From Macrostomum lignano (lineage: Eukaryota): a stretch of DNA of 64,000 nucleotides. Below are positions 38,521 through 51,650 of this stretch, one piece after another. The notes below the pieces were generated by a model. The model saw nothing but the letters and a program-made list of their open reading frames with translations, ran no database searches and had not been told where the DNA came from. Position 1 is the stretch's first letter. Every line of letters begins with the position of its first letter. The stretch is taken from NCBI GenBank assembly GCA_002269645.1, contig NIVC01000366.1:186001-250000 (forward strand). Direction: 5' to 3'. The translations under genes and the position numbers were made by a program.

Positions 38521-39009
38521 TGATAGGTAGTTCAACGGTCCGAAACATGGCTCGGTATTTGTACTGTTAATAAATCTTATAATTAAATAATCCCAACTAT
38601 GTGTCGACTAAAAATACGCGATTTATATTTGTCAAATTTTGTTCACTATTTTGCTGACACTTTATGCCGCCATATATCTACTGGGCAGTATTATTAACTG
38701 CAAATATATTTTTTGCAAAAGAGAACCGGCTTGAATGTAAAGATAGGTACTTGCTTTTCTTCGAAAAGCCTGTGTTAATAGAAAACTTTCATGAGCAGGC
38801 TCATTCTGCAGGAAATGAATTCTAGAGGTGACTTAGCAAACAAAGAGTTTGGAAGTTTAGAAAAGTTTATTAAGCATTCAGTCTAAAGCTAGCTATTTAT
38901 CTATAACAGAGCTATTCAACTTTTAAGTGCAGGATTATGTGCATGTAATACTTATTTCTAAGTGCAATTGCATCAAAGTTTTCGTTTATTTTTATTACGA
39001 GCGTATTTT

Positions 39010-40990
39010 AGTTTTCGCTTTGTAAGCCCCTTTGGGACCCTTCAGTGCAGCAGTGGATTTCACGGAATTTCTAGTTGTTCCTTGTTTTGTGGATATTGGT
39101 TTTGAATTTAAGCGGAGGACAGAGCGTGGACGGGATTCCGTCCGAGAGGGTCAGCAGGTCTCCCGCTGCTTCCAGGTCTCACAGGCTGAGGTCGACGTGC
39201 GGCAAGGAGGTTCCACTTTCTGAAGGCAAACTGCTTCTGATGGGGACTCCCGCGTCCAGGAAGGTCTAGGACGGATTTCATGCCAGTAAAGGGTGTGGAA
39301 GGACTAGCTCTCATGATGGCTCGACAAGCGTGGCCTTGCGTCACGTAGAGAGCTTCAAGAACCCCTTTCACTTCCAAGGGCACTGTTCCAAATGAAACTG
39401 AAAAAAGATAGCCGGTCTAACAATGGCAGTGTAAATCCACCAGGGGCGGCGCTGGTGGGGGGGGGTGAGGCCCCAGCTGGTAGCACCAAAAGCTATGCGT
39501 ATCTGGGCGAGGGTCACGAGGGGCTTTGGTTTTACGGTCACACATGATCAAAGATGACGCCCAGACAGCAGGTTTGATTCTCCATGGTGACGGGTTTCCA
39601 TAGAGGGAAAGCGATTCGATCCTCTACGCTCGTAGTTTCGGCGTCCGGTAAGCATGATAGCCACGTTTTTTTACTCAGAGAGCGTGAGACCACAGCTGTG
39701 CGGTGCAGGTTAAGCTGCAGGATGTCCACTCCCGGAATTCCACAGATGGTCTGCGCAGCTTTTTGCTGGGTCAGAGCGATTTGTGCAGGAGAGCTGCCTC
39801 TTTCGCCTCGCTGATGGGATCCAGTTCCATGGGCTCCTCCTGGATGGTTTCCATGGTCGAGGGTGGGGTCGCCACATGGGCACCGTTTGCACTTCCGGCC
39901 CAGTTTTTCGAGGCAGACGCAGCGATGACACTGGGCTGAGGGTTGCTGCCGTTGAGAAACTCAGGCGGTATCCAGCAGCTGTTTCGCTCGCTGAGTCAGA
40001 CCAGAGCGGATAGTGTTTCAGGCGGATTTCCGGCCCTTCACACCTCCACCTTTTGCTGCAGCTTTTGCCGCTTTTCTCCTGACGGGGTCCACGTCCTCGA
40101 AAGGGTCGTGACGCACAGGACCTCTTTTCCTGAGCGTTTCCGCCCGGCAGAGCTCCCGCTCGCCCGCTTACTTTTCCCCGGAGGCGGTGGACGGGTGGTG
40201 TCGGATTCGAAACTGAAAATCTTAATCAGCCCGGCATAGATGAGGGACATGTCCAGGTAGCGGAGCATCCAGCTATCAGACACTCCGAGGATGGCCGTGA
40301 ATCCTCGGAGTGTCTCCACCCGGCTTGGAGATGGTCTTATGGGCACAACGCCATATGCCAGTCAGTAGGCGGCACAGCTCGTCAGCTTTGATTGCGCTGA
40401 GCCGGAATCCAGCCACGGTGCTACCGGTATGTCTGAAGTCGCTCGTCATCCGCAACTCAGTCGAAGGCTTTCAGCATCTCGAGGAGCTGCTGCCCAAACT
40501 GGCTGTCGGCGGGTAGGATGCGGAGATCGTGGTCCTCGACGCTCGTATTCAGGATTTGAAGCACGGTACCGCTCAGTGTCATCTTGACCAGGTGAGAGTC
40601 CAACCTACGCGAGATTTGGTCGAGCTGTTCGGTCGAAAAGGACGCTTTCCTAGTCTGACGCTCGTAATGATCAGAGCCGGCTGCCTCTTGGCCATAGCCG
40701 CATAGGTGCGCTTCGGCTTATAGGTTCAGCCAGTGCCCCCCCCCCCCCAACTTTGGATCCCTCCACAGCCGGGGGAGTTTCCTCACGAGCGGAGGTCTCG
40801 CGGCGGGAGGAGCCAGCCGCAACAGAAGCCACTCGACGCTTCCGGCGGACGCACGAAGTCAACTCCTTTGTCAGATGTGGGGTCTTCCGCCGGATTTGCA
40901 GAGCTGCCGGCCTAGCATCCTCCTTAGGGGCGGCAGATGAGGCGGCTTTCGCTCTTATCTGTTCTTTCGCTCTGTGCCGGTGGTATTCGT
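39010..40990 (-). mobile_element. Internally deleted non-LTR retrotransposon (LOA/R1-like): ORF1, start of APE endonuclease, post-RT/RNase H fragment
   Basis: KRTYAAMAK ORF1 motif; ILQLNLHR APE start; HACRAIMRASPSTPFTGMKSVLDLP resembles the LACLAITGA..TP..A.EVLL.LP motif. Confidence 0.6.
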
Positions 40991-42482
40991 GGACAGATCG
41001 CAGGCCTAGTCTGTCTCATATTTCACAGGCCATGCGAAAAGCAATTGTGGGACTTTATTGGTTCCTACTGAACCCTCAAAGCAGGGATTGACTCTTTGTG
41101 GCTGGGCTAAGACAGGAAAGTTTGCAGGGATGCCAGATAGTTGAATAATTCTAGTGCACAATAGTGTGTATTCTAGCGCGATCGTTTTCCAAATCTTGGT
41201 ATACATGTATTGACTATATACAACAGTTTTGTTAATCTTATATCTTATGTTGCATAACTTCTCGTATAATACAAGCTTTCACTTCTTGCTTCAATGTTTC
41301 CCATAGACTTCTACAACAGATGCACTTGGCTTATCAAGCATCGAGTTTGTGTATTAAAGGGGTACTGTATAAAATGTCTCCTAGCATTTATCCGAAATTA
41401 TTTGAGTAGAAACAGGCTACAGGAAGTTGAAGAGGGATAAATTTTGTGTACATAGTGAAAAGCTGAAGCTCTTGCGATAAAACATAAGATCAGCAGAGAA
41501 AAGAGAAAATCGGCCTCCATCTTTTTTCTGCATGATTTGGCCGTTTCCCGTCCCGAGAATTGAGTAGTCCCTGCGCGAGGGCAATGGCCACTAGCTACGT
41601 TTCACTGCCCCCACCAGAGACGTTCTCAATTATCAGCGACCCTCACAATGCTGGCAAACGCTGGAGCGAGTGTTCAGCACGCTTTCAAGATTTCTTGACG
41701 CTTCTGGCATCACCAATGAAAACCAACGATGCAAGCTGCTAAGCTACACAGCAGGGAAAGAAATTGCAGACATAATCCGAGCTCTGCCGCCAGCTGAAGG
41801 GAATCAGGCCACACTCGACAACACGCTAAATGCTTTAAAGCAGCAGTTTGACGAGAGAAAGAAAATCGTCTTCGCTCGATGCCAATTTCAAGGAACTGCA
41901 TCCAGCAACAAGGAGAGAAAATCGAAGCCTGGTATTCACGAATGCGTGCTTCAGCCGAGGCTTGTGAGTTCGAAAATCTCCTCATCAGAGACCAGCTTGT
42001 AGCGACCTGTACATCAGACAAGTTGCGACTGCGGCTACTCCAAGAGACCAAAATTTCCTTGGACGAAGCCCTGTGCAAAGCGAGAGAGTTTGAAGCAGCG
42101 TAGGAGCAGGCATCGGAGATGGAGAAGACAAATTCGCAGGTGGCAAGCGTTACAAGATCCAACAAACCCCGGATGAACGGCCGTGAAGCATCCAGCACCG
42201 CCAGAAGCAGCAGCAGGCAATCTCAACAGCAGACATGCTACCGCTGCGGAGAAAAAGGTCACTCTACATGCGAATTGGCGAGAGGAAAAATCTGCCTCAA
42301 CTGCGGAAAAACCAATCACCTAGCCAAAGCATGCCGCAAAGCACGCTCGAGCAACAGCACGATTCGATCGCAAGTCAGCGCTAACCTAGTGAGCACCTCA
42401 CCGGAGCCAAACCTCGACACTAGCATCGGCGAAGACGTTTTTTGCCTGTGCAAAGACAGCACAGCTACCCAGTAGACGTCTC

Positions 42483-42675
42483 TGTAGTGACTGACGCGAG
42501 AGACAGAAGTTTAGATGAATCATAAGCTTACGGCCCCGACTTGGGCGTGGGGTGCAATTATATATTTGAGCTCAAAGCTCTGTAATCGATTGCTTTAGAA
42601 TAAGTGTACATCTATGATACAATGTACACGGGAGTTAAAATCAACGTGCCAAGAAGTGGTGTGCAGAGTACAACA
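42483..42675 (-). repeat. 3' LTR of the inner Gypsy
   Basis: Four differences from the 5' LTR over 193 bp by manual count. Confidence 0.95.
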
Positions 42676-45600
42676 TCTTTCCCCTTCGCGGAGATTAACG
42701 GAGTAAAATCGGATTAAAAAAATGAATGTCATGTGCAAAAAAAACAAAAGGAGGTTTATAAGTTTGTCAGTTTTGCGCGAAAAAAATGCTGGTCCTATAA
42801 TTGGGTTGCGGTAGTTTGCAGCTTCTTGGATGCGGACGGTTCGCGATTGGCAGCTCCCCCGCACCGGCTGCGGCCGGCGGCTCCGCGGGTGCTGGAGCGG
42901 CCGTCGGGTCGCCTTCTGGACCGCCGGTCTCGTCTGGTCCGTCTCCTGTTGGCCGCTCTGGCAGTCGCTTGACGTCGCTGGCGTGGCGCATGCAGTTGCT
43001 GCCGCCCGTGCTCTCCAGGATGACAGAATCGCCTTTGACTTCGGTGACTGTCCAGGGCTGAATTTCAAATGGCGTGTCCGTTTTCGATGGCTGGATTTTT
43101 CTGCAGAGGACTTTATCGCCAGCTTGGATGCGATGCTCTGCGGCTGAGTGCTTCGCGTCGGTGTAGTGCTTCATGGCGGCCTTGTACTGACGGTCTCTGT
43201 TCCTGATCGCCTTTGCTGGAGCCTGCGGCTTGACTCCTGGAATGCAGTCTTGGACTGGTCTCCCGAACATCAGGTCGGCTTGGGCGACTCCTGTGGCCGT
43301 GTGCGGAGTGCTGCGGTACGCGACAAGCCACTCCTGCAATGCCGTCCTCCAGTCGGTTCCTTGGCCGTTGGAGATGCGGAGCAGCTTATTAAGGGACCTG
43401 TTGATTCGCTCGGTAATGCCATTGTCCTCGGGATGGTACGGTGTGATGCGCCGGTGGCTGATTCCGTGGCTTGTGACGAAACTCCTGAAGGCTTCTGATG
43501 TGAATGTCGGACCGTTGTCCGTCACGATTCGCTGGGGAATCCCGAAGGTCGCGAAGACCTGCTGTAACTGTCTGGTGGTGCGGTCGGCTGTGATCGACTT
43601 CATCGCCACGACGATGGGGTAGCGTGAGTAGTGGTCTATTATCACCAGGAAATGTCGACCGTTGGCAGGTCCAAGAAAGTCGATGCCGATGGTGGACCAG
43701 GCAGACTCTGGCAGCTCAGTCGGTTGCAGTGGGGCTGCCGAAACTTCCGCTTGATGGTTGGTGGCCGCACATTCCAGGCACTGTGCCACCAGTTGCTTGG
43801 CCTCAGCTGACATTCCGGGCCACCAGACCTTGGAGTTGAGTCGGCGCAGTGTTTTGGTCTCGCCTTGATGTCCTTGATGAGCCAGCTGCAGGACAACGGG
43901 CCGCTGGGCTCTTGGGATTACCAATCTTTGGTCTCGCAGCAGAACGCCAGAGGCCTCTGTCAACTCGTGTCTAGCGGCGTGCAGTCGTCGGATGCTGTCG
44001 TCCCGCAGATCCCAACTGCCTGTTCTCAATGATGACAGCACAGTCGATAGAATGGCATCACGGGCCGTGGCTTCCCGCGCGACTTGCTGCAGGGACAGGC
44101 CTCTCGGCGTCGCCGCTTGCGCGATGCTGCCGATGAAGTTTGTGTCCAGGATCTCGCCGATGTTGATCGATGTCGGAGCGGGCTGTGGCTGCCGGCTGAG
44201 GATGTCGCTCGGGTTGAACGGGCCTGGCCGATAGATGACGCTGAACTGCATGTCCTGGATACTGAGCGCCATGCGTTCGATGCGTGGAGGTGGGCGCGAG
44301 CCGGGCTTGAGCATGAAGGTCAGCGGCTTGTGGTCGGTGACGACAGTAAAGTTGGCGGCGCCGCTGAGATAGTGTCGAAATTTCAGGCAGCCTCGGACTT
44401 GGCTGCGATGCGATCTCGGACTTCTTGGAAAGCTTTGGCCTGCTGCTCGCCCCACTGCCAGCTTGCACTCTTCTTGGTCAGGTCCCGCAGCGGCTTCGTC
44501 ATGTCCGCCAGGCCTGGCATGAAGCGACTGACAAACGTAACCAGACCGAGGAAGGAGCGGACTTCCGAGGCGTTCGTTGGCTCTTTGAAGCTTTTGATCG
44601 CCGACACCTTGGCTTCAGCTGGCTGGATCCCTTTTGCCGACAGTCGCATGGCCAGGAAGTTGACCTCCGGCACCGCGAATTTGCACTTGGACGGGTTGAG
44701 AGTCAGGCCGTGTCCCTGAAGACGCTGAAGGCAGCTGGCTAGGCGACTGTTGTGCTCCTGGATGTCGCGGGCATACACGATAATGTCGTCGTGCACCCAT
44801 CTCACTCCTGGCAGGCCGCTGAGTACTGTAGACATCACACGCTGTAGAATTTCTGAAGCCGACATGAAGCCCATACAGAGTCGCGTGAGCCTCATTAAGC
44901 CCAGTGGTGTCGAGAAGGTCAGAAACTTGCGTGACTCCTGATCGACCTTGATTTGATGAAAGGCTTTGTTGATGTCTAGCTCCGAGAAGAAGTGTGAACC
45001 GGCCATTTCGTCTGTGACTTCTTCAAAGGTTGGAATCGGCTGCTTCTCCAGCACTACGTATTGATTGAGGTCTCGAAGGTCTTGGGTGATTCGCTCCTGG
45101 TTCGGACTGCTTTTTGGTACCACTACCATTCTAGCGACCCATTCGGAAGGCTCAGATACTCGCTCGATGATGCCTTCGCTGAGCTGGGCGTCGAGCTCTT
45201 TGATGGCTGCGTCTCGTAGGTGGATTGGCACTCGGCTAGGCGGGTGGCACACTGGAATAGCGCTGTCCTTGAGTCGGATGCTCACTTCGACATCCTTGAC
45301 GCAGCCAACTCCTTGGAAGAGCGCCCGGTGCTTTTTAAGGATGTTGTCAAGCTGGAGGTTTGCTGGAAGGTTGGCTGAATTGGCCTCCGGACTCGATGAC
45401 TCCATTGCCTTTGCCTTGTCGGCACTCCCGATGCTATTGATGTGGGTTTCCGGTGCCGGACCCACCCGTAGTACTCCGAACTTCTCGCTCGTTGCCCTTC
45501 CGAGGATGGTGACGCCCGGGTCTTGCACTACTGTGAAGTCCACTACTTCCTCGAGACCGCTGATTTTGACAAGGAGCTCAGCTCTGCCGGCGGTCGCCAG

Positions 45601-46670
45601 TGGTGTCTTCGAGCCGAACGGGTACAGCTGCCGTGCTGATCAAAGCAGTGGCGTTTTGGCCGTTTTGAGATCTTGCAAAGTTGCCTGGTCCATAACGTTG
45701 CAGCTGGCGCCACTATCGATAAGCGCCTCGACCCGCTTACCGTTGATAGATATGCTCATCAGCGGCAGCTTGTTCGCAGTCAGGCAGAAGACCTCCCCTT
45801 CGTCGCTTGGTGACTTGCTGGATTCTTCCGGGTGTTGATGCTGACCACCAATGGTGTGCACGCGGTTTCTGGAGTTGCCCTTAGACATACAGGCCTTGGC
45901 CAGGTGGCCCACCTTTTTACAGATGTTACATGTTTTGTCTTTGGCCGCGTCGCAGCTACGGTGTCCGGTTTCACCGCATCAGTAGCACTTGGACTTGCTG
46001 CCAGGCTTGTAGGATGGTCTGTCTTGTTGCTCACCTCTGGTGCGCCTCATTGAGTTGACTGTCTCGTCGCGGCGTGGCTCCATGGCCGCTGACTAGTAGC
46101 TAGCGGCTTCGAAGGCTCGGCACAGCTGCAGTGCATCCTGCAAGTTGATGTTGGCGGTCTGCAGTAGCCGTCGTCTGAGTTGCTCGGAGTTGCATCTGGC
46201 GAAAATCTGGTCGCGGATGAGGGAGTCGCGCAAATTGTCGAAGTCGCAGCTTTCTGCGGCCTTGTACAGCTGGCTGACCCATGCATCGATGCTCTGGCCT
46301 GGTTGCTGCGTGCAGTTTCGGAACTCGTATCTTGAGAACACCACGCACCTGCGGCCTGTGAAGTGGTCCTTGAAAGCCTTGATGAGTTCTTCGACAGTGT
46401 TTCCGCTATTGGTCAGCTGTTTGTATAGCTCGGCCAGCTCCCTCCCGCCTGTGTACAGCAGGACTTGTCTCTGCGTGGCCGGATCCTTGACTCCGGAGGC
46501 GTGGATGAAGCACAGAAAGCGCGACGATCAATCTTCCCAACGTGATGACAGTGCGTGTGCTTCTTGGTTGACGTTGAATGACTCCGGTGGAGGCAGTTGC
46601 AGTTGGACAACGTTGCGTGTCTGGCCACTGTTTTCAGTAGACATACTCGTAGCTTAGCTTGCGACGACAG

Positions 46671-46863
46671 TGTAGTGACTGACGCGAGAGACAGAAGTTT
46701 AGATGAACCATAAGCTTACGGCCCCGACTTGGGCGTGGGGTGCAATTATATATTTGAGCTCAAAGCTCTGTAATCGATTGCTTTAAAATACGTGTACATC
46801 TATGATACAATGTACACGGGAGTTAAAATCAACGTGCCAAGAAGTGGTATGCAGAGTACAACA
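46671..46863 (-). repeat. 5' LTR of the inner Gypsy
   Basis: Matches 42483-42675. Confidence 0.95.
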
Positions 46864-47410
46864 GTCTCGTTAACTGTCGAAATCGGGCACTGTAAGCTAC
46901 CGATGATGGTGGAGAGCGGAGCCAGCTGCAGTATCATGAGCATCAAAACATTCCGACAGCTGGGCGATCAGCGAATTCGCGCCACCAAGGTAAAAGTTCA
47001 TGCAAATGGAACGCCCGAACCTCTCAAAATCATAGGTACTGCGAGCTTAGGCATTAGGTACCGCTAGTGCAACTGTGCCCTTTCCCTTTCTGCAACTGCG
47101 ACGGTCTAACGATACTCGGACGCCAAGCTGCCTTTGAGCTAGGAATCCTGCATATCCAGCGGCGCCAATTCTCAGCCAGACAGAAGATGTTAACTCCAAC
47201 GTCAAGGCAGCCGAGGGGTATGAAAGCCAGAACATTTAGGACATCTTGCATCAGCACAAAAAAGTATTTGACGGAATTGGATGTATCAAAGACGTGCAGG
47301 TCGAAGTTCAGCTTTCGGACAACATGGCCCCAGTGTGTCAATCCGCCAGCCCGAGTTGCGGCGCATCTCCGAGAATCTGTCATCAAGGAGCTGAAAGACT
47401 TAGAAAGGCA

Positions 47411-48238
47411 AGTCTGGGAAGCCGCAGCGAGAATTTCCGGTTCCGACAGTGTGACAGTCGGACGTCCCGCGCTTCCGTCCGACATCGCAGGCGACCGCCA
47501 CTCGTCCTCCGTTTGGGGCTCCGTCACGACCTCCGTTGACATCTCAGAGGCCTCGCTGCACTGCTCTGACTGCGACACGCCGTCCATCTCGAGGTCCGGC
47601 TTGTTGCCGACGTCCATCCCCAGCACGAACGGACACGTGGGGAACTCCTTGGCGTGGAGCTGCATCGGCGACTCTCCTTCAGCGAGACTGCCGGGCTCCA
47701 GCGCTCCCTGGCAGAAGGCGCACCGAACTCGGCCATCGGTGGCCGATTGGAACAGCCCCGCCGATGCCATCGACCTTGCCGTGTCAGCAGTCACGGATGA
47801 GCCGAAACTGCGAGCTCTGGCCGACTCCGACATCATCTCCCTGACTGCTCCGCTGCCCTCCGCGAAGCTGAGCTGCTGGGGCACGCGGCTGTCGCTGCTG
47901 GCTCCAGTGTAGTAGCGGAGCAGCTTGCAGATCGCTGAGCTGACGGCATGACCCGCTGACCCGCTTGCTTGAGGAGTTTTCAGAAACTTTGTTGAAAAAT
48001 ATTGCAGTGCTTTGCCCAGCATAGCGACGTACGGGATGTTCAAGGCTGACTGATAAGTAAAAAATCCCAGCTTTGACATCCTGTCAAATAGCTTAAGACA
48101 ACACAAAGCAATATTATTGCTCTCTGCGTCAATTTTCTCGCTCGCTGTTTGTTTCCTTTCGGTCTCCAGAGAACGCATATATTTTCCAAGTTCCTTTAGT
48201 TGAATATAAAACGAAAGCACAGTTTTTTTTAGTAGCAA
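47411..48238 (-). pseudogene. IAP copy 2, truncated after BIR1 and fused to antisense Gypsy sequence (chimeric ORF continues to 47054)
   Basis: 47411-48055 is nearly identical to the reverse complement of 51905-52550. Homology stops at AAASQT, at the Gypsy junction. Confidence 0.85.
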
Positions 48239-48829
48239 ACAGATTTGACGTATTAAGGTTTTCCATGCTGTCTTGGAGTATCTGACGACATTGATTCAGG
48301 AAACAGGATCGCTCAATCTCTTCCGAGTCTTCTGAATCTTCTTTTTAAAAGAAAAGAAAATTATTGTAATTTTCTCGGAGAGCTAAAAATTATCTGAGGA
48401 TTGATTAAATTTTGGACGTTGCTACCAAGCTAATTGTTTAATTTGGATTATGCAAGTTGTGGTACGAGTATTATACGATCAGAGCTGCAATTGTGACATT
48501 ACATTATGAATATTTCTGAATCGTCAAATGCAGAAAGCTAGATTTTCTATCGTGTAGGAAGATATATAAGCTACTATAGGAAACCTACTCACCTGAAAAC
48601 CTGTCTTCGCTCAGTGTTGAATAAGTATACTGGCTTGCTTGGTAGACTTCTGATATCTACATGTACATGTACATCAGTACATGTATAGCTACAGTAGGCC
48701 TTTAAAAGTAAGTAGTATAGAGCTTTTTAGTGCATGTTTTACTACGCAAATTGTATTTGCTCCTAACCGTATCTTAGGCATGCTCTCGGTTAGTCCACCA
48801 ATTTTCAATCTCTATTACGAGTTAACTAG

Positions 48830-49290
48830 CTAAATTCGGTCCCTCTTACTAAGAACAAGCATTATGTAGCTGTCAGGAAGGAACTGTCCAATGATAGCCG
48901 AGATTCCATTCTCGATGTCCCCTGGCACTATGAAGTTTGGATGTAAGCCAGATGTTCTGAAAAATTCGGGAACTGGGTTTGGCCGAATATCAGTTTCCGT
49001 CAGCTTCTGCTTGCTGAGCTTCGGCAGGACCTTCTTCAGAACCGCTGGCCTCGCTATCGTTTGATTCATCATCATTTTCAAGTGCGGTCGCAAATGAGTC
49101 ATCATCTGAATCACTGTCCAAGATGAAGTTCTGTAGATCTGAGCCGGCGGCTTGCATTGTCTCATGCGCAGCTGGCCAAGGCGATTTGTATATATGATCT
49201 GCTGTCTCTGTTACTGGTCTAATTGATTCATAGACTGTATGCTCTAAACTAAATTCGATGCTATGTACAAATAGGCATGGCAGTCGCAAA
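48830..49290 (-). mobile_element. Possible piggyBac-like transposase N-terminal relic
   Basis: Acidic DSDSDDD stretch followed by PEFFRTSGL..IIGQFLPD; weak resemblance only. Confidence 0.25.
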
Positions 49291-49537
49291 CCTGATATCT
49301 ATGGTAATTACTGCTCTCTTTTCAATTGCATATATTTCATGGTTGAACAGAGAAAGGAAAATCAATATTACAGAGTGTCTGGGTTATTGGCCATAGACTA
49401 TCTGAGTTTGAGTCAACAAAAATATAGGATTTTTCGTTTGATTTCATAAAATTGTCATTTGATTTCGTCCATAGAAGTTGGCAGCGCGGCCATAGAGTCT
49501 ATGGCAATAAAGTGCGCTGTTTTCCGATTGAATTCAT

Positions 49538-50230
49538 AACTTTGCCACTTCATTTCGACATACCCAGTAGAAAGGCAACAGAAAAGTCGATGCGCTTGTC
49601 CAGTACAGAAAGATCTGTTAAAAACAGAAAGCTGTGTATTTAAGTCACATGAGGAAGTAGGTAGTTGCAACAGTGAAATCAGTTATGTCCGCCAAAGTTA
49701 ATGCTCGTTCGCTGCAACAAGCTACAAATTTCACATTATCTGCTGCTCATTGATGCACAGGGGCAGAAACCGCATCACATGTCGTTCCCAGGCAAGGCAC
49801 TTCGCGGCGGAAATTTCCTCTAGTGCAACGTAGCCGCAGCGGAAAAGCACCATGAGTCTCCACTGCGTTAGGTTGATGCCATCAGGCGGATAGCTAAGTT
49901 CCTGTTGAAGCTCAGGTGTTGCTAGCTGGCGTTTAAGCGAAGCCTTGAGGCAACTGTGTGCCTGCTCCGCGGCGTTAAGAAATGGAGAGTACGGTGGCAG
50001 AGTTCGCAGTTGAATACGATTGGCCGCGTTTATACGTTTCCAATGGACGCGTATGCAGCCATTTTTAGGCACACAAGGAAGGTGACTGTTGCCCAAGAAG
50101 AGGACACGTTCATATAGGCTTTTCATTTCTATGAGAGGTTTGGCCATAGATATTCACCCACTGATATCCCAGCCCCCTCTGGCAGTGTTGAGTCACTCCG
50201 CGCGTCAAGTCGAAATGAAGTGGCAAAGTT
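49538..50230 (-). mobile_element. Tc1/IS630-family deletion derivative
   Basis: Perfect 22-bp inverted repeats AACTTTGCCACTTCATTTCGAC flank the transposase C-terminal fragment LRTLPPYSPFLNAAEQ. Confidence 0.7.
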
Positions 50231-51650
50231 TTGGCTCTAAAAACTGTGGGAGGGTAAGCGAGTGAGACGTGCCTCAAGCTTTTTTAGCTTCTGCTTGAAC
50301 ACTATGGCAGCAGAGCTGCTGTGGGAGGTAATGGGTGTGAGCAAAAATAGGCGCGGGAGGCTAGTGGTTAGATCCGTAAGTAGCTCTTTAATATATGCGA
50401 ATTTCACAGTACTTATATATAGGCTATCTTCATTGTACACTCTCGTGTGCAATGGCATTGGTCGAACGACCAGCGTACGTTTTTTTATAAATGAGCGCAG
50501 TTATAAAGCAGTCACAAGTTCAATTTCAACGAGAATTTACTGCCACTGCCTGCACTGTACAATGAGTAAATGACTGACTGTACACTAGCTATAAGATTGT
50601 TCCTAGTAGCTAGGAACGAAGAAAGTATATTTTTTTACTTGGAAACACCACACTGATCAAACTGAAAATCATTTTAGCTATTAAGGATCTTAACTCAATC
50701 ACAAACGTACCCTGCACCTTACGTAGCACTATGATTTCAGGTGAGTTCTCACTGCTTAGTTCTCACATATTCTACAAGTTTTTTACTTCCTACATACTCG
50801 TACCTTGAGTACATCACAGAATTGACACAGAATTCCGAATTCAACTATTTTCACACAATCGCACTACTTTTGTTATGAAACTATGGCCAGTAGTATCAAC
50901 AAACTAACACTAACACTAACGTACGAGTAAAGATTTTCCGGACATTATTTGCGTTCTCCGGGATTTTATTTGGTTGCTAACATTCAATAATATCCCGTAA
51001 AATCTTTAATTATGTCTGTTTTATATGAGATTAAGCATGCCTTTTGCGGGAGCTATTTTGCTCGTATCTTATACAGAAACATCACAAAGCCACTGGTAAA
51101 AAGCGATTCTTGAGGGTGCTGAATAAATTCAAAAGTCCGAGGGAGAGGCCGATAGTAATTAACTCCTCTTCCATCCACCTCTATTATTAGTGCTTTGCCT
51201 GAGCGCAGCGTACACATGTATATACACGTACATGTACTTACATATGTACGCTTTTGTGACTGCGCGCTTACGCCAATTGGGCTCTCGTGACTGTGAGGTC
51301 TTCTGAATTGCGCGCTTATTCAGCCCACCCGTTAGGCTCAGCGCCAGAACGAAGTTCAGTTTACGAATCTTAGAACACATGCAAGTATTTCAAGTGTAAA
51401 AGGTCTAACCAGTGAAATCAAAACATTTTCGTTTTCGTCCAAATTTTCGGTTTCGTTTGATTTTGCTTCCTAATATTAAACAGTTTTTAGTTTCATTTTA
51501 CACTGCACACTACTTAATTGACATGAAACAGTAATACAACAAAGACATCAACAATCGTCTATTTGTTCTCCTGAGATCAGTCAACAAAATTAAAAATGAA
51601 TACGAGCGTAGAGGGGCTTATGACTATAAAATCCTAACAAATCCTTGCAG

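Larger units (their letters stand above)
42483..46863 (-). mobile_element. Full-length Gypsy LTR retrotransposon (4381 bp), defective
   Basis: 193-bp TG..CA LTRs; 5-bp TSD GTCTC (42478-42482 and 46864-46868); PPT GAAGGGGAAAGA. Gag from ATG 46644, zinc knuckles, DSGAS protease, RT (VHDD), integrase (HQG..C..C, GIDF, TDNG). In-frame stops and an RNase H deletion near 44385. Confidence 0.96.
41584..47410 (+). mobile_element. Older Gypsy (Mag-like) element, split in two (41584-42482 and 46864-47410) and truncated at the start of RT
   Basis: Gag MATSYVSLPPPETF.., two zinc knuckles (CYRCGEKGH, CLNCGKTNH), protease ESGASCS and pre-RT KKVFDGIGCIK..KELKDLERQ; frameshifted; no LTRs seen. Confidence 0.85.
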
